DNA of 45,684 nucleotides from Puniceicoccales bacterium (GTDB lineage Bacteria; Verrucomicrobiota; Verrucomicrobiia; Opitutales; UBA9783): NCBI GenBank assembly GCA_031260015.1, contig JAIRKR010000054.1, positions 1 to 45,684 of the forward strand, read 5' to 3'. Shown piece by piece: positions 37,767 to 45,684 of this stretch (position 1 is its first letter; each line of letters starts with the position of its first letter). The notes under the pieces were generated by a model. It saw only the letters and a program-made list of their open reading frames with translations, ran no database searches and was not told where the DNA came from. The position numbers and the translations under genes were made by a program.

Positions 37767-39575
37767 GTTCCATAATTGTATTTCGTGGTTACACTTGCCG
37801 GACAAGTGTTCCTGCCAAAGTTGTTTGGCCTCCATACGATCGATGTGATTCCAAAGCAGCGTATGCGTCTCCAAATACTGTTCCCAAGTTGAACGGAGAG
37901 ACGTACGAAACGATTGGCCAAGCGGCATACCAAATCCCATCTTAGGGCGATTCCACAAGGTTTTCGGCACATAACGTTCCAACACGCGCTTGAGTAAGTA
38001 TTTTTTTTCACGTCCTTGGAACTTGCGTACCAAGGGGATTGACCAGGCAAAATCAATCAAATTGTAATCCAAAAAAGGTGCGCGCGTTTCCAGGCCAACG
38101 GCCATGCTTGCTCGATCAACTTTGCACAAAACATCATCGTGCAGGTAGGTCCGCATATCAAGGTACATGACTTGTTCGGCATTATTCTGCAGATGTGGAT
38201 GTAACCGAAACCAAGTTTTTTTCAAAGTAACGGGCCTATCAAAGTAAGTTACGCTATTAAGATACGTGGATAAAAAATCTTTACCTCGCAAACTCTTCGC
38301 CGCCTTGCGCAATTTTAAATGTAGTAGGGGACATCGCCCTGAAAGCAAACGGCTATTTATCATTTCAAATAACGAAAGTACAGGGCGAGGTAAATATTTG
38401 TGTAGTGTGTACAACCGAGGAACCCATTTATGCCGATGATATCCAATAAATAATTCATCGCCCCCATCACCCCCAATGGCAACCGTAACATGTTTCTTAA
38501 ATAGTTTGGAAATAAGATACGTAGATAAAGCCGACGCATCGCCAAATGGCTCGTCATATATTTGTGTAATATCATTTATATCTTCCAATACAGCATCTTG
38601 ATCGACGAATAACGTTGTGTGATCCGTTTTTAGATGTTGCGCTATTGCCTCCGCACACTTCGATTCGTCCCACGGAGAATTCCTAAAACCGACCGTAAAT
38701 GTTTTTATCGGCTGCGTACTCCGGGATTGCATTAAAGCCACCATCAACGAAGAGTCAATTCCTCCGGACAAAAATGCCCCCACGGGAACATCGGCCAACA
38801 GGCGATCGTATACGGACTGCCCCAACAGGCGTTCCAAGGTATCCACACAGTCTTTTTCGGGTAAATCTACCCTCTGTCGATCTTCCAGCGTACGACTTAA
38901 ATCAAAGTACACGGTTTCTTGTATGCCAGCGGTGGTAACCATCAGATAGTGCCCCGGGAATAATTTGCGTGTACGTTTGTAGATTGAGTAAGGGCAAGGG
39001 ATATAATTGAGACGTAAGTAAAGATCGAGAGCCGTTTCATCCACTGTTCGATCAAAATCCGGCATTGGCAATAGGGCTTTCAATTCGGAACCAAATGCGA
39101 AATATTGCCCATCAGCAAAGCCGTAATAAAGCGGTTTTTCTCCAAAACGATCGCGTGCAACGTACAAAATTTTCTCCCGCGCATCGTAAAATGCAAACGC
39201 AAACATGCCGTTGAGCATTGGCAGTGTTTTTGGTACACCCAGTCGAATGCACAGTTGCAATAAAATTTCCGTATCGTTGTGCGCTTCGCAAGCAATCCCC
39301 TGATTTTTTAGATGTTGGGCTAATGTTTTATAATTATAGATTTCACCATTAAAAACGAGCACATAGCGTCCATCCTCTGAGCACATGGGCTGATGACCAC
39401 GAGCACTTAAATCGACAATGGCCAAACGCCGCTGCCCCAAACCGATCGATTCTTTGAGCCAAACACCTTGGTCGTCTGGCCCGCGATGTGCCAGCGACTG
39501 AGTCATTGCGGTAACGGTTGCTGCCAAATCATCAACATCCGATTTAAATCGCCACAAACCCGTTATGCCACACAT
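37728..39575 (-). CDS. asnB: Asparagine synthase (glutamine-hydrolysing) family amidotransferase, likely sugar amidation (WbpS/LtsA-like)
   Basis: MCGITG (ATG 39575), HRGPD, FNGEIYN, LSGGIDSS, GDGGDELF and KVDRASMAVGLETRAPFLD. Confidence 0.95.
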   Translation of the reverse strand: MCGITGLWRFKSDVDDLAATVTAMTQSLAHRGPDDQGVWLKESIGLGQRRLAIVDLSARGHQPMCSEDGRYVLVFNGEIYNYKTLAQHLKNQGIACEAHNDTEILLQLCIRLGVPKTLPMLNGMFAFAFYDAREKILYVARDRFGEKPLYYGFADGQYFAFGSELKALLPMPDFDRTVDETALDLYLRLNYIPCPYSIYKRTRKLFPGHYLMVTTAGIQETVYFDLSRTLEDRQRVDLPEKDCVDTLERLLGQSVYDRLLADVPVGAFLSGGIDSSLMVALMQSRSTQPIKTFTVGFRNSPWDESKCAEAIAQHLKTDHTTLFVDQDAVLEDINDITQIYDEPFGDASALSTYLISKLFKKHVTVAIGGDGGDELFIGYHRHKWVPRLYTLHKYLPRPVLSLFEMINSRLLSGRCPLLHLKLRKAAKSLRGKDFLSTYLNSVTYFDRPVTLKKTWFRLHPHLQNNAEQVMYLDMRTYLHDDVLCKVDRASMAVGLETRAPFLDYNLIDFAWSIPLVRKFQGREKKYLLKRVLERYVPKTLWNRPKMGFGMPLGQSFRTSLRSTWEQYLETHTLLWNHIDRMEAKQLWQEHLSGKCNHEIQLWNLFVAQQWFIQRG

Positions 39576-39617
39576 GGGATAGCATTTTTGCAAAACAATG
39601 CACAAACACAACTTCAA

Positions 39618-40454
39618 TCATTCTTTTTTGTAAGCCACTACACACCAATTAATATCTGGATTCGTTGAGAAAGAGATATTGTGTAACCCACAACGCTTCA
39701 TCATTTGAACGATATCGGCTTTTGAAAAACGCTTTTCAAGGCATGTTCCAAAACGGTCCAACGCGCAATTTCTCATATTGTAAAACGATCCACCACGATG
39801 TGCACTTAATGGAATATGTCTCACATCAAAACTGCACTTTTCTAGCATCTGAGTAAGCTTCGCCAACGGCCAATAAACAAATAAGGCGATGCTATCCGTA
39901 ATACACCTTTTTAGAAAATGGGGCAAATGGCAAATGCATCGTCTCAGTAAATCGCTGCATTTCCAAATACAACGAAACCACCACGGCCTATTTTCAAAAT
40001 TGTAGTACATGTAAGCTAAAAATGGGGCTCCCGGCTTTAATTTGTTAACACAAATTTGCATGGCTCGCTCTGTGTTTGGAATATGGTGCAAGACACCTAA
40101 ACAATAACCAAAATCTTGACTATCGTTTGCCAGAGGCATGTGGTCAATCGTTGTATTATAAAAAGCTACATTCGAAAAACTTTTCAATTTTCGCTTCGCT
40201 ACTCCAAAGCCGATAAAGGATCTATGCAGTTTAATTTTCCAACTTTGGGAGCAACGTACCAAGCCCAACGGCCATTGCCGCATCCGGCATCAAACCCCTC
40301 CGCATGCGGATCGATTTTCCCCCAGGGGAAAATACTAAAATACTGGTTAAATTCTTTATCTAAATCGTATTTAGGTCGCGTATCGTTTGTAAAATCGTGC
40401 CATTCCCTCCCAAAGCGCTCAACAACCTTCTCGTCTCGATTGTCGATTGCTCAT
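39618..40454 (-). pseudogene. Class I SAM methyltransferase with two frameshifts
   Basis: ATG 40454; a 7-nt AATCGAC duplication breaks the frame at codons 3-5; the middle frame has FGREW...GFDAGCGNGRWA; a second shift near 40200 leads to DFGYCLGVLHH. Confidence 0.85.
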
Positions 40455-40488
40455 AGAAATCATAGATTTTGCACATATCCCGTTGTTG

Positions 40489-41433
40489 TCAAAGTAAAAA
40501 TGACATTTTGTCGACCATGCACTTTAGCCCCTCTTCCAGGTTGACAGTTGGATACCATCCCAATAAACGTCTCGCTTTTTCGGTATTGGCAAACGTATGC
40601 ATCATGTCGGATACGTTGAAAGGATGATGTTCAATAACAGCTTTTTTATTCAAATAACATTCCAATAAGCTTATCATTTCACGAATCGTATGCGGACGTT
40701 CGTTGCCGAGGTTAATGATTTCGTAACCCAGCGGCTTGCTGGCCAAAACAATGCCGCGTGCGATGTCGTCTATAAATGTAAAATCTCGCGATTGCATCCC
40801 ATCCCCATTCAATGGTAATATTTTACCGGCCGCGATGCACTTCATAAATTTGTCAGGGCTCATATCGGGCCGTCCATAGGGTCCGTACACGGTAAAACAA
40901 CGCAAAATGGATACGTCAATCCCATACAAATAATGATAGGTGTAACACAACATTTCGGCTGCTTTTTTGGAAGCTGCATAGGGAGAAATCGGCTCGTTGA
41001 CCGGCAAGGTTTCCACAAATGGCATTACTTGCCCCGCGTACAAAGAGGATGTGGATGTAAAGACCAATTTGGGGGTCTTGTGAATGCGCATGCATTCCAG
41101 TAAATTAAGTAATCCGAGCACATTTGTACGAATGTAGATGTCGGGCACTTGTAAACTTGCACGCACTCCGGCGCGCGCCGCAATATTGTAGACGACATCG
41201 AAAGCATGTTGATTAAACAAGTCCTGCAAGAACACTTTATCCTCAATATCCGCTTTCACAAACGTAAAATTACCTTTCAAGGCTTCGAGGTTTTTTAGTC
41301 GAAAACGCTTCAACTGCGGATCGTAATAGTCATTTAAATTATCAATTCCAATTATGGAGACATTGTCGTTCAGGAGAAGTTCTGTCACTTTCGATCCAAT
41401 AAATCCAGCACACCCTGTTACCAATACTTTCAT
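40489..41433 (-). CDS. NAD-dependent epimerase, UDP-glucuronate 4-epimerase-like
   Basis: VTGCAGFIG, DNLNDYYDPQLK, AARAGVR, YAASK and FTVYGPYGRPDM; coupled to the upstream GT4. Confidence 0.92.
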   Translation of the reverse strand: MKVLVTGCAGFIGSKVTELLLNDNVSIIGIDNLNDYYDPQLKRFRLKNLEALKGNFTFVKADIEDKVFLQDLFNQHAFDVVYNIAARAGVRASLQVPDIYIRTNVLGLLNLLECMRIHKTPKLVFTSTSSLYAGQVMPFVETLPVNEPISPYAASKKAAEMLCYTYHYLYGIDVSILRCFTVYGPYGRPDMSPDKFMKCIAAGKILPLNGDGMQSRDFTFIDDIARGIVLASKPLGYEIINLGNERPHTIREMISLLECYLNKKAVIEHHPFNVSDMMHTFANTEKARRLLGWYPTVNLEEGLKCMVDKMSFLL

Positions 41434-42542
41434 GAACACGTATTTTGCACAGTTTGAAATATTGCGGCGTTGACGGTATGGATATCAAACTTTTTTTCAG
41501 CTAACCTACGACTGGATAATCCCATCGAATGTAACAACTCTGGCTGCCGAATGACTTTCTCCATGGCATTCGCAAGTGCTTCCGTACTGCGTGATTGTAT
41601 TTTAAAACCATTTTCACCATCCATAACGGTTTCTTTGCAACCCACATTGTCCGTCGTAATGACAGGTCGGCCACAGGCCAACGCTTCGAGCAATGCCCGT
41701 GGAACTCCTTCGCGATAATAAGAAGGATATACGAACACGGAGCTCTGGCTCATTTGTTCAACCATATGGGAACAGTAGCCTACGTATTCTACGATGTTTG
41801 CGCATCGTTTTAATTGTTCTTCCGTAATGGCCGACGGATTCGTATCAATATTACCTGCCAACACAAAACGTACGTTTGGGTACTTTTTTTTCAGCCGCTG
41901 TGCCGCCTCTACATAATGCAAGACGCCTTTTTCTTCAACCAGACGTGCAGCCATAAAAAACGTCAACGTTGCCGGAAATGGATGCGGTGTAAATGCCTGC
42001 AAATCTACACCGGTTCCGTTAACAACCGATGAGCGTACGTCATCCACCAATCCATGTTGTATAAAAAACACCCTATCATCCTGATTCTGAAAAAACACGT
42101 GCGTGAACCCTTTAAAGCTCAATTTATACAGACACATACAAATGCGTTTAATGAACGCACGCTTTATTCCGGGTTGTTCAATAAAGGCATATCCCAATCC
42201 CGATACCAGCCCATAGATATTTTTAATTTTTAACCAACGTGCTACGAGGCCACCATAAATATTCGGTTTGACGTTGCCCAAAAACACAATATCTGGCTTT
42301 TCTCGTTTGAGTAAGGAATGCATACGCAGTAGCGTTTTTAAATTACCCAATAAGCCAACCGATGTACCACTAAATGCATCAAATGGGACAAAATTGATGA
42401 TGGGCAATCGATTTTGCCAAATCGATGTTTCCTCTTCACTCAGCCCTACCGAAACGGACAGCCCTTTTTGCGAAAATTCCTGCATCAACACATGCCGTAA
42501 ATTTATTGCCCATGGGTTGAATAAAAATAGTGCTTTTTTCAT
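41430..42542 (-). CDS. Glycosyltransferase family 4 (PglA/CapM-like)
   Basis: KPNIYG, SGLGY, FFQNQDD, ARLVEEKG and PSYYREGVPRALLEALACGRP. Confidence 0.93.
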   Translation of the reverse strand: MKKALFLFNPWAINLRHVLMQEFSQKGLSVSVGLSEEETSIWQNRLPIINFVPFDAFSGTSVGLLGNLKTLLRMHSLLKREKPDIVFLGNVKPNIYGGLVARWLKIKNIYGLVSGLGYAFIEQPGIKRAFIKRICMCLYKLSFKGFTHVFFQNQDDRVFFIQHGLVDDVRSSVVNGTGVDLQAFTPHPFPATLTFFMAARLVEEKGVLHYVEAAQRLKKKYPNVRFVLAGNIDTNPSAITEEQLKRCANIVEYVGYCSHMVEQMSQSSVFVYPSYYREGVPRALLEALACGRPVITTDNVGCKETVMDGENGFKIQSRSTEALANAMEKVIRQPELLHSMGLSSRRLAEKKFDIHTVNAAIFQTVQNTCS

Positions 42543-42822
42543 GAACTTATTGTGATCGCATATGCCTAAATAAATATATCAAATTGTCTAGACCGTGTTA
42601 AATTTTGAAAAATATATTCGCATATACTGATAAAATTTTATCAATGGTAATTTCAATGATTAGTAATTTTTAATCGAAAGACAATGCTACAATGTATTTC
42701 ATTAAACTGCATAAGACTGAACTTCTAACGTGGCCCATTCGACGAACAACCATTCCAAATGTTAAACCTTAGAATCCTTATGGTATTAGAGATCCCTTAC
42801 ATGCATCTTTTCCATAACAAAT

Positions 42823-44085
42823 CTATAGAGCACACTTGTCCAGGTAAGGTTTTTCGTGTTTGCCTGAAGTAGGAGCTTTTGCGTAATACAATAATCCCAA
42901 CAACACCAGCCATACGGGAATAAACACTTCACTGTGCCTATTTAAGTTGAGGTAATTCGAGCATTCACAAGCCGTGATGTTATACGCCAACAAAAAAACT
43001 ACCAACATTACAATTTGTTGTATCCGTTCTAGCTTAAAACATTTTCTGTTTTTTATACACAAGTACGTCATATATAACATCATTGTTAAAAAGAAAATGT
43101 TTGTTTTTACGGCATATACCCATCCCAATTTGGAACCTTGAGGCGCCTTGTAAAAAAATCTCTCGGAATTTGTAATCATCGGAGCAAACCAAGCGTTGCT
43201 TATCCTTTTTATGTACATACCTTCTTTTGCATAAGGTATACCACTATCACCACAAGGATTTATTTGCCTGTTGCTGAACACATTTAATAATTTTGTCTCG
43301 TAAAAGTATTTTAACGCCGGAGTTGTGTAACACAAATGGCAAAATAAGCAACTGAAAAAAATTAATACGAGCACATTTTTGGGGAACTTTACCAGTATAA
43401 AAGAACATAGTATACAACCAACAAAAGGACCATAATAGTGTTTTTGGGCAAGAAAACATAGCACCAAACTTCCCAATATCCCTAACATATTTCGCTTGAC
43501 CAACATCCATAAAAATAAGGATTGCGAAAATAGGCAGAAACTTGAGGTTAGAGGGAGGGCGCAGGACAGAAAAAATTTTGGTGCTATCAGCAAGAAGCCG
43601 TAAAAACAGTTACGCGTAAAACGTTGCGATGCACCCAAAAATTGCAATGCCCGATAAAAGAAAAACAACCCCCACAAAGACAAGCTGATCATTAACAACC
43701 CTGTGCTAAATAGGCTTAGATAAAAATAATCCCCAAAGAAGCTTCTTAAATTAGAGAAAAGCCACATGGTTTGTGAACTTCCATACCGTAGCGTAGTGAG
43801 TAGCCTGATTACATCTTTAAAAGTATAAGAAACATAATCCACCTTGTAGACAGAACGAAACCTAGCAAGATTTTTTTGGAAATAATAGCCTTCGTGATCT
43901 ATGGCAACATGAAATAAGTTCCGGTTACCCCATATACACATGTGGTAAACTAAAGAAAAAAGCTGTACACAAACCACCAAACAAACAAATATACAAAACC
44001 ATCGTTGCTGCGTTCTTTTGCAAACAAAAACTAGTGTCGCACTACATGCTATAACGCATACAAGAGTTGCTAATAAAATGCTCAT
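42823..44085 (-). CDS. Polytopic membrane protein, possible Wzy polymerase
   Basis: 420 aa with about 10 hydrophobic segments, AT-rich, inside the glycan operon. Confidence 0.6.
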   Translation of the reverse strand: MSILLATLVCVIACSATLVFVCKRTQQRWFCIFVCLVVCVQLFSLVYHMCIWGNRNLFHVAIDHEGYYFQKNLARFRSVYKVDYVSYTFKDVIRLLTTLRYGSSQTMWLFSNLRSFFGDYFYLSLFSTGLLMISLSLWGLFFFYRALQFLGASQRFTRNCFYGFLLIAPKFFLSCALPLTSSFCLFSQSLFLWMLVKRNMLGILGSLVLCFLAQKHYYGPFVGCILCSFILVKFPKNVLVLIFFSCLFCHLCYTTPALKYFYETKLLNVFSNRQINPCGDSGIPYAKEGMYIKRISNAWFAPMITNSERFFYKAPQGSKLGWVYAVKTNIFFLTMMLYMTYLCIKNRKCFKLERIQQIVMLVVFLLAYNITACECSNYLNLNRHSEVFIPVWLVLLGLLYYAKAPTSGKHEKPYLDKCAL

Positions 44086-45359
44086 TCACTACCATCCTTT
44101 ACTAAACTTAACGGAAGCAGCCAATACAAATATGGAAACATTACAAATGTTCCGGTATAAAAGTTTTGTAAGAAGACAATCGCGTAAAAAGTGATTAATA
44201 TAAATGCACTTACGGAAAGTTGACGCCGTTTTGAAAAAAAATACACACATCCAATTAAGGGCGAAAAAAATAAGAATAATCCTATAATGCCCAAAGTGGC
44301 TAATACTTCAAAAAAAACATTATGTGGACTTATTAAAAGATTTCCATAACCTATCCCCCAAATGGGTCGCATCTGCCATAAGTAAAAGCATTGCAATACC
44401 ATTTTTTGTCTAAAAGAACAGAAAAATGGGCAGCGTGGACTGTTGTTACCAAATATCCATTCTTGTATCGATTGAAAATTAGCCTTTATGGCTTCTTGAT
44501 GTAACATCACTGTTGTACTTGTTTTTGTAAATTTCAAGAAAAATTGCTTATTATTGACCACTAGGAATAGTGTTATAGCCAAACAAAATAAAACAACAAA
44601 TTTGTAGGATATTTTCATGTCCTTTTTAGCAAACATAACAACAGAGGTACATACAATGTTGACCAGTAAAAAACTCAAGTTGCCTTGCCTGTGGGGCGAA
44701 TGGTAGCATAAAAATATACAAAACATGTAACTCAGCATTAAATTAACTTTTAAAAAACGAAATTTCACCTTTTCTAGATATAAAAACGAAAACATTGCAA
44801 AAAGTATAACTTGTTTCATTACAATGCCGTTTCCGCGAACAAGATTTTGAAAGACCGGACTAAAATTCGCAATAAATAAAAACGTCTGTGTAAAACATAA
44901 AAGAACGTACCATTTTCTTAGAAATTTTACATCGGTAAAATTTACTAATAAAAAACCTATAAATAGGATCCCTCCAAAAAAGGCTAGCCGCATCAACCAA
45001 GTTCCCCTCGTTATAATATACCTTGATGGTCGTACGATGGAGGAAACCCATAAACTAAGATCGGGTGTTAACCAATAATTCAACAAAGTATAAATACCAA
45101 ACACCACATACAAGCCCAGAACAATATTGGCTTCTTTGTTTTTTTTAAGGTTATGTTTTTGATTATGTATTTTGTCAACGGCAAAGTAAAATACAGCGCA
45201 ACTAAGCAAAAAAATAAGCACTATGAAAAACCATTTTAAAATTGGCCCACTTAGGTATAAATCCCATCGACTTAACCCTATCATACCAGGAAGAAAACAA
45301 AAACCACACACAAATAGTAAGAATCCTAATTCTCCAATCCGTAAAACAAACGATTTCAT
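44082..45359 (-). CDS. O-antigen ligase / Wzy_C family protein
   Basis: Multi-TM protein with RPIWGIGYG...PHNVFFEVLATLGIIG. Confidence 0.85.
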   Translation of the reverse strand: MKSFVLRIGELGFLLFVCGFCFLPGMIGLSRWDLYLSGPILKWFFIVLIFLLSCAVFYFAVDKIHNQKHNLKKNKEANIVLGLYVVFGIYTLLNYWLTPDLSLWVSSIVRPSRYIITRGTWLMRLAFFGGILFIGFLLVNFTDVKFLRKWYVLLCFTQTFLFIANFSPVFQNLVRGNGIVMKQVILFAMFSFLYLEKVKFRFLKVNLMLSYMFCIFLCYHSPHRQGNLSFLLVNIVCTSVVMFAKKDMKISYKFVVLFCLAITLFLVVNNKQFFLKFTKTSTTVMLHQEAIKANFQSIQEWIFGNNSPRCPFFCSFRQKMVLQCFYLWQMRPIWGIGYGNLLISPHNVFFEVLATLGIIGLFLFFSPLIGCVYFFSKRRQLSVSAFILITFYAIVFLQNFYTGTFVMFPYLYWLLPLSLVKDGSE

Positions 45360-45367
45360 TGCTTAAC

Positions 45368-45684
45368 TTATAACTGAGTGTATTTTATCCATGGATCTGT
45401 AAAAGAAAAATAACGATCTTTTAAAAACATATTATGTTCATCAAAAAGTTTATTAAAAATCAATCGGTACAAGTTAACAAGTGTTATATTTTCATTCCCT
45501 TGAAGCCGTAATCCATGTATCGCTAGTAAATTACCCCAGTGCGCTCGTATGTGTAGGGATAATTTTTGATCGTTTTTTTGCTGTATTTCCCAATCCTTTG
45601 TCGGCACAAAGCGTGTCGAACGTCCATGATCTCCATGCAAAATGATGATGGGATGCTTATCGGGAGGGTATTGTGCTAAAATTG
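45368..45684 (-). CDS. C-terminal part of another membrane sulfatase-like protein (open at right edge)
   Basis: KHPIIILHGDHGR, GNLLAI and VNLYRLIFNKLF. Confidence 0.85.
   Translation of the reverse strand, partial: ILAQYPPDKHPIIILHGDHGRSTRFVPTKDWEIQQKNDQKLSLHIRAHWGNLLAIHGLRLQGNENITLVNLYRLIFNKLFDEHNMFLKDRYFSFTDPWIKYTQL

Noticed and set aside
42545-42822. Possible decayed gene between the GT4 and the Wzy-like gene
   Set aside because: Multiple stops and no recognisable motif; cannot be supported.

Overview
AT-rich bacterial window, genetic code 11. Tentatively a host-associated Verrucomicrobiota (Opitutales/Puniceicoccales-like) genome; this is inferred from recalled similarity of the 587-aa ORF and from secreted effector-like genes, and was not checked. 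Left part (1-10.4 kb): two paralogous signal-peptide proteins with a toxin-type Zn-deaminase signature (RxxDxE...CPxC). The first runs off the left edge, is absent from the ORF track, and continues into an OTU-like cysteine protease motif (DVPHDGDCG). The second has lost a Zn ligand (CPFG) and the OTU extension. Also here are a GspE/PilB-family ATPase, several secreted hypothetical proteins, two recombination scars of a homologous glycan locus, a lipoprotein and tRNA-fMet. Right part (10.5-45.7 kb): a large mosaic surface-polysaccharide locus. It holds an intact Campylobacter Cj1418/1417/1416-like phosphoramidate pathway next to a CDP-glycerol-type transferase, four paralogous membrane alkaline-phosphatase-superfamily proteins, a YIDPG microprotein, a C-/O-methylated dTDP-deoxysugar pathway (rmlBAC), ugd, an MBOAT/SGNH pair, asnB, glycosyltransferases and two Wzy/ligase-like proteins. 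Many decorating genes are frameshifted or partly deleted.
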